A DNA stretch of 64,000 nucleotides from Hyphochytrium catenoides (taxonomy: Eukaryota; Protista; Hyphochytriomycota), in the NCBI GenBank assembly GCA_900088475.1, contig FLMG01000540.1, forward strand, positions 1-64,000. The letters are read 5' to 3'. The notes under the pieces were generated by a model that did no database searches, was not told the origin of the DNA, and saw only the letters and a program-made list of their open reading frames with translations. Each line of letters starts with the position of its first letter. Within the stretch, counting starts at the first letter, position 1. The position numbers and the translations under genes are program-made. Of this stretch, positions 11,201 to 24,221 are shown piece after piece.

Positions 11201-14200
11201 GAGGCAGGAGCTCCCGCTAAGGAGGGGATTGATGGAGAGACATGATGAAAGGTGCTCCCTAACCGGTTCATCTGCTTAGAAGAAGGAAGAGGGAACAATG
11301 GTCCTCCAGAGGCTTCCACGACGTCCGTCATTTCCCATCGTCCGGAGCACACACTGACAGAGAGTGGAGGAAGCTCCTCTACTAAGAGCTCCCTGGTAGA
11401 AAAGATTCGAAGGGTGTACTTCCTCTCAACACCTGGAATCTTGGTGCAGGGAACAATTATGTAAGACTTTGACGGAGAGAGAAGGATCCCCTCGCTCGTG
11501 ACCTCGGCCAGCGGCCGACGAGGTGCATACCGATGAAGTGCCGAGTCAGCAATAACCTCTGCGCACTCCATAATGTGACTGCGCTTCATCCATTTGTCTT
11601 CTCCTTCTCGTGCTACTCCGTCACGTTCTGTTCCCCCTTTTCCTTGTTGGCTGCTCTTCCCTACTTCTGTTTCATCTTCTCCTTTATTTCTTCCCTTACC
11701 ACCATGCCTGTAAGCGCTACCTTCTCTCATTTCATGCACAGTAAAGCCTACGGTGATGTAGCTGTTATTCTCTCTTCCTCCTCTTGACCGCTTGTCCTCG
11801 TCTCGGTCTCCTCGCCCTCTCTTGTGCTGGATCAGAGAGATAAAGACTGTGGCTGCCTTTTTCATAGGAGCGATCCGGTACTGAGGGTTGCAGAACCATC
11901 GGGACTCACCGTCCGGAGTGAAGTGTCTTCCTTTCGCGGTTTGCACTGGCGCCGAGCCATCAACTACAGGATAAGCAAATGGTACACTTCTCTTGTCGTC
12001 TCTGTGAGACCATTCAGGCAAACGAGGCGATGGGAAGGTAACAGAGGAGAAAGCAAGAAAGTTAAACGAAAAAAAGTGAGAGAGAAGAGAGAGAGAAACG
12101 AGGAGAGCGCACGGGCGCGCCAACGCGATATATAGAGAGAGGCTGCGGACAGGAAAGCAATTTATGGGGGTCAAAGGCCAAAAAAGTAAGAGCGCTTGAA
12201 GCCAGAAGGGCCATACTACTCAGCTAACAGAGCAATGACACCCCATGTTGGCAAGCACCCCAGGCATGAAGTTGCCTCATGCTGAAACAGGTCACAATGT
12301 TATTCGAGCGAAAGATGCATAGAAGAAGATCATTCCATACGGCCGTCAGGATGACGACCGAAGCGAGACAAAAGACCAGTGGAGAGACCAAGCAGCAGTG
12401 TTAGTTAGTTCACCTTTGATGAGGGGTCAAGGGAGAAGGCAACTCCTGGGAGTTACTATTATTGCTTGAGGATGCTCCTGCGCCACCTACAGGGAGTAGC
12501 GAGTCCTTCATTGCTTCAGACATGAGGCGGGACGTGGGGCGCATGGGTCGCCCTCCTCCAGCTCCTCCAAGGAGAGATGGAGGAAGTGCGTTCGACGCCA
12601 GCGAGGAAGAAAAAACAGACGAGGAAAAGGCTTTCGTTGGCCCTCCTGCCGCCGTTCGTCCTTTCCATTCCCCATTCACTGCATACTGAATGAAGCTCCC
12701 GTCTCTGAACATCCTGCAGATATGCAGCGTTCCAAAATGCAAACAGAAGTCGTTCCATGTCATCCAGAAGGAAGCTCCTGGGCTCGCCGTGTCCACCTTC
12801 ATAGAGGAAGGAGAGGGGACTGAAGAAGAGCTCTTGTCATTGCCAATCTCGCCCTCGTCCCCTGGTGGATGCAGATGAAACGAAGTGGTAGGGAGGACAT
12901 TAAGTGATGGCGTAACAATGTCAGACATGAAAGAGTCATCAAGAGGAGGCCACATGAAAAGCACGTCTTTTCCTTCTCTCTCTGCTTCTTCCCTCTTACT
13001 TGTCCGGAACAATCCTCTAATATGCTCCGCCTTTCCCCTTGTTGGTGCAGTGACATTTACTCTACACCCTTCTTGTTGACACTTTTACTCCTGTGCCCGA
13101 CAAATTCATGTTGTCTCGCCCCGACTAACCTCCCTGCAGCTCATGGGCAATGTCTGGAAAGTTTCCCCAGGCAGGGTCGCCCTCACACCACATCCCTCGC
13201 CAGCCTCCTTCGGCGTAAACGTTCCGCAACCGTACGAAACGATGATTTCCAAACGTCTTTACCTGAAAAATGGACCGAGGAACAAAAGAGCTTGAGCGAG
13301 ACGTTGGGCGATCAAGAATGGGAACGTGGTGCCTAAAGATCGTGAAAGGTACTGAGGTGTCTAGAGGGGATCTTTAGAGGCCAATAACAAGCCATGTCAA
13401 CCACCGACGAAGACAAAAAGAAAACTTCAGTGATAGAAGATCCGGGCTGTTATGCCTACATTGACTACGTGGTAAGGCCTGTTCGGTAGTATGCCGTCAA
13501 AGTCATCTCCAAGAAGAGAGGAAGAGAGGGGCGAGAGACTCTCACTCTGTGGATTAGTTGCGAGGATAAGATCCATGGCCTCAAGCCGATTCTCGAGCTC
13601 TGACACGAGTTCCTTGGTTATCCTACAGCGAGTAGAACGAGGCAAACAATGGGAGACAGTATGATAAAACCGTCAACCATCGGAAGGCCGGAAAGAGAGT
13701 TTGCAACAACGCTCAGAAAGGATAGAGAGGAGTCAGCGACTCCAGAGCTGCAAGCAACTTTGTCGACATTTCATATGCAACAGGAGACAAGAAGAGGTCT
13801 TACAGCCAGAGCCACGGAAGGACTAGTAACGAAGAGTAAGCAAGATTATGAGGTTGGTCTTCCCTGATCCTCTTCTTTCTACTACGCGTATCGTTATGCC
13901 CGTCTCTCTTTCCTTTCTTACAATTCTCTTTGAACCCCTGATAGATGTTACACATATCTCACATACAGCATCTCCTTGATTCTGGGTTCTGTCAGGTCCA
14001 CGGTCTGTACCGCTCCGCCAGTAAGGCATGTTAGGGCCTCTGCTGTTCCCAGGGCCAAAACTGCCTCATACCCGCCTAGAGCCTTTGCCAACGCTTTCTC
14101 TATCAATGGGAGCCAGAATTCTGATTGAATGACGCAGCGCGAGAAGAGCTGCAGCAATGAGATATCCGGGAAGAAGGAAGGGAAATGATGATCGTAAGGC

Positions 14201-16090
14201 TATCTTCTGCGATGGACAGGAGGTAGGTAGGAGATGACATAGAGTCATGCCAAGGAGAATCTCTTTTGCGCTCAAATGGTGAAGGTAGACCAGGATTGTA
14301 GTGTCTGACAGTAAAGCAGCAGGGCAACTGTATAGAAGAGTTATCTGGGCACTAGAGGCAAGAGAAAAGAATAGGAAAAGCGAGAACAGCAGAACATCCA
14401 ACTAGGCGCCTATCAGCTACTTCCTCCTCTTCGTTACCGGTGTCAATTTGCCGTTTTCTGCCTCCAATTTGCATGGCAGCAGGCTGTCGGTGACTACCTC
14501 CTCCCAAGCCCCTGCATTGAAGAACCTGCAGGAAATAGATCCTTCGGACAACACTGAGGAAGGGGTAGAGAGGAGGATCTCTTCAATCAAGTTCAATGGA
14601 TGTCCGGTGATAGCTCCAAGCACCCCTATAACGGCGGCAGCGCTGGGCTCCAATCCCAACGCCAAGCGGCTGCGGTGATACTCTCCTACAAGGAAAGCAG
14701 ACAGGCAGGGACATCAAGGAGTGCTGACTACTGAGTCGTCTGGAAGAGGACCACTATAATAAGAGCAGACGGACGTTGAGAGGGCTTCTGAGAGGAGGAC
14801 TAACCCTTAATGGATGACAACAGATGAAGGAATTATCATGGAAACTGCGATGACGAGGACGGAGAAACAGGAGAGAGCATGAGAAGGTCATCCTTGCAAT
14901 TACCTTCAAACAGACAAGCGCCCTCACTGATCTCATGCGGTCTCTTCCATACAATAGACTGAGATGGAGGAAGGTAGCTGGGAGGATTGCGGGGATCCGA
15001 ACACAGAGAATGAAGAAGGGGCGGAAAGGATGCATCGGCGAAGAAAGTAGGTAGAACGCCGCCTCCCAGGGCGTCAGGTGCCCTAAACTCAATGGATTTG
15101 CTAGTTGCTCGCGACCTGCTGCGCGGCCTCGTCTCCGTGTTGGACATTGCCTCTACATCTCCTCCTCCTTTCTCTGAGCCACTTTGTCTCTTCTCTGCTC
15201 CTGCAGCTATCATGGTACCTCTCGTCTATGGGTTCTAGCAAGTAGAACCTTTGACGATGGACTCTTCTACGAAGAAGTACCTGATGATAGACGAGGTAAG
15301 AAGAGGACAAATGATGAAGAGAAAATGCGAAGTGTGGATTTGACTGTTTAATCCAGTCTCTTGCCGCTTATCTTTAATTGTCAAACAGGATGACGTAACG
15401 AGGAGCAGGGATAACCAAGAAGAAACAGTGGCAAGGCCGAAAAGTCAGAGTGAGTATATGAAGTGGCTAATGTTTGTTTCCTCCTCACTTACTTTCTATC
15501 CTTCTTCGCCTAAATCAAGTGCCGACAAGTCCTCCTCCTTCCACCATCTCTGTTCGCTTTACCCAGATGCATTGTCACCTTTCTGCTCACCGTCTTTGCG
15601 TCTTGCTCAAGTTGATAGAGACTGTCCTGGCTGGGACGATGACTGACAAATGGCCGCGAGGACTGGCAAAGCACCAGGAGGAGGAAATCGTCGAGCAGGC
15701 CAGTCGGCAGGCGTCGGCAGGCCACCGCGGCCAAACCCAGTGATAGTACAAGTACATAGGTCCTGGTGCCGCGATGATCCGAGAGAGAGATGAAAGAGAG
15801 ACAGAGAAAAGAGGGAGAGATCGCAGGGAGAAAGACTGGGACATAACTCGGAGAGAAGAAGAGACAGAGGGAGAAACGTGAGAAGAGCCAGGAAGCTCAC
15901 GAGAGAGAGAGGAAGAGAGAGAGAGAGAAAGAGAGAGATAAAGAGGCATGTAGGTTGAAAGGACACTGGAGGAGGGACGCCACCTCTTGATACCTTTCAC
16001 CTTAATCGAAACGTCCGGCAGACCGCTAACGTACGTAACAAGGATTGCCTTGCCGTTACCGGTCTCTGACCCATTGGCTGACACCATCAA
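8231..16090 (-). CDS. Multi-exon calpain-like protein: degenerate CysPc domain plus three calpain domain III (C2-like) repeats
   Basis: CysPc motifs FFADASFPP, IVWKRPHEI, WEEVVTDSLLP, EFWLPLIEKALAKALGGYEAV, AEALTCLTGG, FVRLRNVY and FWMTWNDFCLHF. Domain III motifs GEWKGRTAAGG...WFCNPQYRI...YIIVPCT, then GRW...WAINPQFLL, then GEWNESLAGGSHFKGEWKRNPRFAL...YLIIPSTFEAGKCGHFTL; stop at 8231. The 5' end is uncertain; a possible MGQSS start lies at 16216. Confidence 0.85.
15780..15945. repeat. Imperfect (GA)n/(CT)n microsatellite in an intron
   Basis: GAGAGAGAGA...GAGAGAGAAAGAGAGAGA tract. Confidence 0.75.
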
Positions 16091-16494
16091 TCAGAAAGGC
16101 AACAGCCAAACTATCGACAGACACTCTGGACGGAGGCGGCGGAGCGAGAGAGAAGAAGAGCTTTCAGGCCTTTTGGGAGAGATGAAGCGGCAGAGAATCG
16201 CACTGCTCTGCCCCATCAACCCCAAGGTTTATTAGAGATCTCCAGAGCGGTGTAGTTACGTCTTCTTTCTTCCGTTGACACACAGAGAAAGAGCTCAGTT
16301 GACTGCCGCATAGTAGCTGTCAGCCTACCTTGTCACTCTGTGTATCGCTGACCTGGGAAAGGCACTTAGTCCAAGACTTGTCTGCGGCCCACATCAACGA
16401 ACATAGGCTATCTCCTGGTGGGACATTGTAGGCATCTCCATTAAAGTACCTTGCCGCTGTTCACCTCAGCTGGTGATCAAGAGTTCGATCGACA

Positions 16495-18818
16495 ATGGCG
16501 ACTGCTTTGAAACGCTGCGTCATCCGTCCGCGTCCCGCGGTTAGCCGAGCTGCTTTACTTCCGCTGAGGAGAAGGCTCCTAGAAATCTCCTTTTCCTCGA
16601 ACACACCAAGGTAGGCAGGACCTTTGTCTGTTTCCGTTATACGGCCACCCTTGCCTGATTGATGGGATACTCTTCAGCTCCATAGCACCATCAAGGGGCT
16701 TCGCTACGGGTGAACATGAAAGAAACAGCACGACCACATCAAAGAGGATACTATTAGGCGTGACAAAGGAAGAAGGACAGATGAAGAAGTGGAGAGCAAA
16801 ACTGAAGCTGGAAAATGGGACAGAAGTGGACGGAGGACTTCATTGGACAGAGGTAACACGCTTTGCTGTATTGTTATCCACTGCAAGCATGCCCCTTCTG
16901 CATGCCGAAGCCGCTCGTCCTTAATTTAATCTCTATCCAAGGAATAGATCTTCATTCTATCTCTCCTCCTTCGTATTGCGAATCCTGTCCTTTCCTTTTT
17001 GCCCTCATCTATCCTTCTTCTTCAATTGATGGACCTGAAGTCTCGCGCTATAACTTCCTCCTCTTCCGGCCTGGCTCAGGAGCTTCCTTCCTGTTCCCCT
17101 GTTTTTGCAATCAATATTGCTTCAATGCTTAGCCTGCTAACTCCTTCTTCTCTATCCCAACAGGAAGACGCAGCTCGCGCCTATGATAAGCTGGTGCTGA
17201 TGTTGGTGGGGCCTGCGGCTCCAAGAAACTTTAACGATTACGATAATCTTCCAGTTCCAAGTCGACGTTCGTCAACTAAAAAGAACGATACTACAAAGAA
17301 GGATGCAATGTGGCAACCTCCGAGCAAGACGCGGAAGAACTGGATTGAAGTGAAGATGAGGTTCGTCTAGTAGCTTCATTTTACGTCTTGCGATGCAGGC
17401 ACACACCTCCTAAGTATTAGTGCCTGCCCTTCTGTTCTTCTTTCTTCCTCGCTCCCATGGTCGTCCATCTCTCTTATTGCTCTTACTGGGTTGCATTCTC
17501 CCTTCTTTACTGCCTAGCCTTTGCTGGTTACTAGTAAATGGCCTCTGCCCTTGAATAGCTTGCATGGCTTTTCTTCCACTGCATGCAAAGGCAAGATAAT
17601 CTGTCCCCTACTGTCATCGGGCGCTGTGCTCCGACAACGCGGATCAGGCTCATCTACTCATTCTAGTATTTCTCAAGTCAGCTTGTCCTTGCTTGTTGGG
17701 ACCTATCGCCAGCAGCCTCCTCCTCCATAGATTGACTTTGACCATGTGTTCTCATTTCTGTCTTGGTGTTAGGGTGCCCCTGACTGCGGAGGAGGTGGTC
17801 TATGCACTTGAAAAGGAGAATGGCCAAGACATTTTTGTCCTTGATCTCACAGGCCGTTCAAATCTGGCCGACGCAATGATCTTTGTCACTGGCAACAGCC
17901 ATTTGCATCTGATGAGAATGGCGGATATGCTCGTAGATGCGGTAGGTGGTTGTGACTGCAGTTTGAGCGACGTTACTCTCATTGAGAGCAGTGATGGTGC
18001 TATCTAATTTGCGAATACTCTCTGTGTAATGACTGTAACATTTCCTTTCCCCGTGCGGAAGGGCATCGCCGACTCTCCACCATACTTACGTACCGATATC
18101 TCAACTGTGATCTGTGCCAGCTCAAGGCTCGGCGTATTCGCCCAGTGGGCATGAATCCAGGAGTGGAAGGACGAGATTGCGATGACTGGATGATCGTGGA
18201 TTGCGGAAACTTAGTGGTTCAGATTTTCAATGCCAGTAAGCAAGAGAGAGTTGGGAATTGACGGGGAAGCGTATGTTGAGGACGTTAACCTTCTGTACGA
18301 ATTGAGATGAGGAGGGCAAAAGGATGGAGGGGACCGAGGTAGAAATGTAGCGACTAAAGACTCTTTCGTATTGTAGGGAAGAGGAAGGCTCTCAACTTAG
18401 AGGAGCACTGGAGCAAGATGAGGGATGGGGTAGACTTATGCGAAGGAATGACGCATGATGAGTTTCTGGATGCATATCCGCTTCCAGATGACGGAGGTGA
18501 GGCTATCGCATGGCGCTGGTCATCTTTTCCAAGCCTGTCGTCCTCTTTTCGTTTTATGTTGCTACTGGTACTTTAATGGTACTTGGACAGCTGAAACCGG
18601 TACAGATTCACTGACTCCTTCTTGTGTGCATCTGCCCCACTGAAGACTATGAGGGGATTGAGTTGACAGAAGAAGATTTGTTAGCGCTCGAGGAGGACGA
18701 GGACTGGACGTTGGACGTGAAGGAATCGTCCTCGCCGTCACACTCCGCGCCTAAGCCTGCAGCTCTTGTAAGTCGTGAGCAGAAAGAAAAGCCGAAGACC
18801 AGCCAAGGCCGTCGGTAG
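16495..18818 (+). CDS. AP2-domain / RsfS (Iojap, MALSU1) fusion protein with mitochondrial presequence, about 354 aa
   Basis: Seven phase-consistent GT-AG exons: 16495-16610, 16678-16852, 17164-17360, 17773-17941, 18121-18235, 18377-18496, 18646-18818. AP2: LLGVTKEEGQMKKWRAKLKL...DGGLHWTEEDAARAYDKLVLMLVGPAAPRNF. RsfS: EVVYALEKENGQDIFVLDLTGRSNLADAMIFVTGNSHLHL...EGRDCDDWMIVDCGNLVVQIF...RKALNLEEHW. Confidence 0.88.
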
Positions 18819-19298
18819 TATAGGCCCAACACTCGCGGATGTATGAATTTGTTGCTGTATAATATTGATAATGAAGGAATGGCACAAGAGCCCGCTGCTA
18901 CCCTTCCTCTAAAGCAATAAGATCGACTTCTCGAACGATACTGGCCGGTTGTCTTGGGACAGAGAGTCATAAATAGAAGGAAAAGAAGGTGTGAATGGCC
19001 GCAATCTATTTCTTCATCAGAAAATGGCATGGTACGAAGTGGCACGCTCGCTGCCACAAACCGGGGAGACAAGCACCACACCAAATACCCATACTCCGGA
19101 CTGCCGTAGTAGATGCCTATCGTTGGCATTGGCTTTCCGGTTCGATGCCAAGTACTCTCTGTAGCTCCTGAACTGAGCATGGTGACCCTTGCTTCTGCTT
19201 TCTAAAAAGCCACCTACACTTCAATGGTGGACGACTGCTTGATGCCCTATGCAGTGGCACTTTGAAAGAGGTTGAATCCTAACTAACACAGCTACTCT

Positions 19299-22200
19299 CT
19301 ACTTCATAGCGGCCTCCACTTGCTGAAGTTCTCTGGCACGTAGGACTGAAGGAAGATTGCGTCGCATTCGTTGTTTCCTTTTCTCGGCTTTAGCTAGATT
19401 GGTTGCGGCTTCTGCGATAATGTCTTCCTCCTTGTTGTCCTCGGGCCCCGTCATTGCATCTTTGGACAGAGTAGTTGAATCTTTGCCCTGCCCTAGAAGC
19501 TTTATCCCTTTGTCCTCGTCGATGTTACGGTCCTCAGGCTTATCCCCGACTCCGTCTGAGATCCTATACTCTCTTGCTGGCTGATTTCTTGATGCAAAGA
19601 GTTTGCTGCTGAGCAGTTTGTCTCCCGAAGTAGACCGTAAGAGGCTTGCGGATCTTCCCTCAGGTACCTTCTTCTCATAATTTGCGTTCCTGTCCTTCGT
19701 AATTTCTCGATTGTTCTCAGAAGACTTGACGCCGTGAGAGCGCTCTATCTCCTGATGTGGGCCCTCTCGTCTCGTACTCTTTCTCATTCTGTGCTCGAAG
19801 TCTTGGCGCTGTCTTCTCAGTCTTTTTATTATTAAGGCTGCTTGAGAGCCAGCGGACTGAGCAGAAGAGATCGTGGGCGGCGGATGGTGAAGCTTGTGCG
19901 AGACTGAGTGTCTGCCATCTTCCTGAGCTGGGTCTCCTTGCTCTTCTTGGTTAGATTGAAGTCGAGCTTCTGGATTTGCACTTGTGTCCGATTTTTCTTC
20001 TGAGCCACTTGCTGTCACGATGGGGGCGAGCTCCAAAAGCTTCCGAAGTGAGTTTCTATGGTGTATGAGGTACAAGGCTTCTGCTCGCGCTCGGACTCCC
20101 CGCCACCAGCTCTGCAGTTTAATTAAGCTCTGTAAGCGGCCAAGGACGAGCCGAAGTAGAAGGGTAGTTGGGAGTACAAGTTAGCTGGGACGGATAAGAA
20201 GCAGTATACATAAGACAAGAGGAGAGGACGGCGGCAAACATGATGGATCCAAAGTCCTTGGCTTTTATAAATAACGGCGCAGAGCACCATGAAGCGAAAG
20301 GCAAGGCAAGATTCGTTTGACAAGATTGGAAGGTTCTTCTCAGACCAACGACAGTGATGAGGGACCCCATTTCATTGCTTGGACAGAATTTTCTCTCTGT
20401 CTCTACCTCTTTCTTCCGCTGGCACAGCTCATAGACTTTGTCCTGGAAGACTCGCCCACGCCACCACCGCTGCAGCTGGAAAGATCAGAGACAAGGAGAG
20501 AAATATTAACAATGGGAAGCAGATACCATCTGAATTTCCAGGACTGCGCAAGTAGCTAAAGGATGTATAGAGCTGTCACAATGCTAATGAGTACGCGGCG
20601 ACTGACAGAAGGTCGATCGAACAAAAAGCGGCAGATGTAAAGGCTGAAAGGAATGGCAGAGAGATGTAGCCTCCGAACTTTCGAGAGGCACTCAGGATGT
20701 TGATAGAGGAGAGATACCTCAAAAGAGAAACACACAGATCCACAATAGGACGGTAGAGATAAAGTGCAAGAGTCCAAAGGGAACTAGGGTTCAAGGCAGA
20801 CTTAATGACAGGAAGCGGGTCACCCTACTTTTGTCGCGGCCATAGCTTTCCTATACTTCGTATCAGCCTGGAAGCTCGCTCTGAGGTAAGAAGTGAGAGC
20901 CCGAGATTGAATCCCACGCCACCAGCTTTGCAGAGTGACCGCGGCTCTTCGTTTCTTCTGCCTCACCCACCATCCTGAGAGAAAAATGGCAGATGTAGCA
21001 CACTGCTGCAGTCTTGACGATAGAGAAACGACGTGAGTGGAATGCTATCAGTTGTGAGGCAGAGTATTTTGTCTAAAGTCTTAGATGGCGTAGTTGAAAT
21101 AGAAGATTGTGGAAAAAGGGTTATCTGTCAGCTGTCTTCCCAAACCAAATGCGGTGACGCTATAGAGAAAAACGAGAGCCACCTCGCAAAGCCACATCAC
21201 AAAGCGCTGCGGTAGGTCTAAGCACAGCAATCTAAAGACCAACCTCTTGGCTGCTCTCCGCTGATGATAGTGCCTGGCAGTCAGGAGCTTGAATTGAGAC
21301 ACCTGCAGGGCAGCCTGAGGCGTACGAAGGCTGCGAACTCGTGCGACCTCCCTCATCCTTATAAATAGCTGGTAGAAAGAGAGCTGAGACCTCAGCTGGA
21401 TCTGAAAAGAGCGATTGTCAGAGCAAACGTCATTTGTCACATCACGACACGAAGTGGACCTTCCGGACAAGTCGCATTCCTGAAAAAGAGAACTCGCAGA
21501 AGAGGGAGAAAGAGCAGAGAAGAGGGGAAAGAGTTTGCCAGCATCGAGCCCCCATGACCCGCAGCTTCCTTTTTGTTCCTTACCCTTCGCCACCACTTTT
21601 GTACTTTGACCGCAGCGTCGACTCTCTTCTGATAGAACTCACGCCGGGCCATGGAGAGAGAGGACGGTGAGGACTGTTGCTGTTGCTTTTTCCTCTGAGG
21701 GGCGTTCCTAATGATCCCCTAAATAATACCAGGGAACAGCAAGTAAACATAAGAAAGCAGCAGTTAAAGGTCTCTGGATGATAGGTATCTGGTAAGAATT
21801 AGTTTGTCTAGAGACCGAGACAGAAATGAGGGTGTGTGTGAGGGAGAGACACATTCAAAAAGAGAGAGAAAGAGGAAGAAATAGAGAAAGAGGAAGAGCT
21901 GTGAGGCGGAGAGAGAGGGGTGGTTCAAGCAGATAGGACCCTATCAAGAAGGCGGAAGGAAGTGCTAGTAGAGCCAACTGTGACAATAAGACAGAACTCG
22001 CCTCCACGGGTGACTACTAAGTTTCATCTTACCAAGACTCGTCGATGCTGAGCCTTGCCTGCCGTTGAGATTGGTGAACCACCATTCATGTCTCCGGACG
22101 CAGCTTCCTTAGGAGACGAAGTGCCGTGAAGTCCATTCTCTTCTGTGCGTGGATGGTCATCCTGTACGGCGGCACAGTTAGTGAAGAGAACGAACTTTAC

Positions 22201-24221
22201 GACATGCTGAAGCAAGGCTTGAGAAGCGGAAAAAGCAACAGGTACAAAGACACTCTCTTGACTTATAGAGTAGCCACCTTTATATGGCCGGAGAGGCCCT
22301 CAGAGTTAGGTATGACAAGTGTTGCAGGTCTGACGAATCTCACGTCTCCTCGTTGGCTCGTCGAAAATTCGTCTAACGCACTAGCGATCTGCAAAGCAAA
22401 TGAGCAGGCAGGTGAGCAGGAGGCCAAGGGATGAGAATGCTTTCAAACGGTACAGAGAACTAGCTCTCTTTCAATGTAAGCGACTACGAGCAGACTCAGT
22501 CCAGGGGCTTAACACAATGACAAGCTCAGGAACGAGGACCAGCTTCTTTCGTCGTACCAGAGTAGTATTTGTCCCTTCAGCGGCCTCAGCAGTTGATGGT
22601 TCTTTTGCTCGGAGCGATGTCGCCACCTTAAGAGAAAGGAAGATGAGATGCGTAAGAGATCCCGGCGGGAATAGATCAAGATAGAAGAGAAGGCAGGCAC
22701 CAGGGGTGAGGAACCAGGAAATAGAGGTAGCGCTCAAACCCTTATCTCGTCGAGGTTGGGAGGGCTATACTGAAAAAGCGCCGAGCATTAAGGCCGAGGC
22801 AGAAAAGGTAGAATGTTATGGGGGAGAACTAAGGGATGGACATGCACCTCGCGCTTGGCCCTCTCCAGGTTCCTTCTAGCCAGATAGCGTCGAACCAGTG
22901 CTTGTATTTTAATGGCGCTGAGTCGGAGGTTTTCTCTCCAGTTTCGGTCTTGCTTCAGGGTCGGCCTCAGATCAGGAAATTGGTGACCTCGACTCGATAA
23001 CTGAGATAGCTGGGGAGAGTAGAGTTTTGATACACTTCTCTTTGTGTCAAACTCAGACCCTTGAACCCCAGGTGTCGGGTGGTTACCGCTAGCCTTATCT
23101 CTTTGCTTCTCTTCTGGCTCTTGTCTAAGGAGTAAGGAAGACTCCGTCTCCTGCCGAACTGCTTCCCCAGATGTGACTCTTCCATCTGCTTTGCCTACCA
23201 TCAATCTTTCCCTCCTTTTCCCTGCCAGTCTTGACGTTTGGTGTTGCAGCCACCAGAGTGCAATGAAATTGGCCAAAACAGCAACCATCCGCTTATTAAG
23301 CAAACGCATCATGTTCTCCTTTCTGCTGACGAGGAGAGACGAGCCACTCATCAGGGCTTTAGTCCTATAGTCTCTCCCATCCGAGGAGGAGGGAGATGAG
23401 CAATTACTCCCCTCCGCAAGGAGCGCCTCCACCTCCCTTCTCAGAACGAAATACTGCCTCTTTGAGCGCATGTACTGAGCCCAGCGCTTCCAAGAGAGTG
23501 TCAGCGTCAGAAGTTGCCGCTCGCTCACTCTCCTTTGATGTGGGTCAATGTTGCCGATCTTTTTCGAGGAAAGCGGAAAAGGAGCAGGGAGGCCTAGGTC
23601 TACTGACTTTACGGCTGTATCAAAGAGACGAGGCCAGGAGGTCGCCTTGTTCCTCCGTAGCCTACTAAGATCTGCGGCCGGAGCGCCTGTCAGCTTTGTC
23701 CTATATTCTTTAGGGTCGCCAGTCGCTGCTGCTCCAGTCATCTGTACTTTACTTTCCTCTAAGGTCTTCAGAGGCTGTTCGCTGGCACATGCTGTCCTTG
23801 AGGCTTGGGTGGAGGGAGTCAGAATCTCTTCGGCTCTAAGGGGTTTGGCTCTATCCGTATGAGCAGCTTTGATCCCTTCCCCATTTCGCTTTGCCTTTGT
23901 ATTACTCTGACCCCATGGCTCCTCTGAATCAGCTGTCGGAACTCTTCTCCCTCTCCTGCCTTCACCGAACCTTCCAATTCTTTCTTTCTTTCGTCCTCTC
24001 ATTCGCTTCTCCTCATATGATACTTTCATGCGTGGGGAGTTATCTAGTCGTCCTTCATGTCTGCGGTCTCTCTTGTTCTTTGGTCCTACTTCCTTCGAGG
24101 GGCCACTTGGAGGGAGTGCTTCTAAAGGCATTGAGGTATGCAACGTCCGGGTAGAGAGGTTATGCCTCTCTGAATAAGGAAGAGGGGGTTTTTCCTTTTT
24201 AAATAGCGGTAATAAGTGCAA
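19299..24221 (-). CDS. Large multi-exon protein with several IQ (calmodulin-binding) motifs; function unknown, both ends approximate
   Basis: IQ-like motifs AIKIQALVRRYLARR (about 22900), AAVKVQKWWRRVR (21600), AAVTLQSWWRGIQSR (20930), LQRWWRGRVFQ (20470) and LIKLQSWWRGVRAR (20110); long ORFs 22788..24221 and 19299..20075. Confidence 0.65.

Noticed and set aside
16462-16492. Box A/box B-like words (TCAGCTGGT...GAGTTCGATC)
   Set aside because: Spacing is too short and no cloverleaf forms, so it is not a tRNA or SINE I can support.
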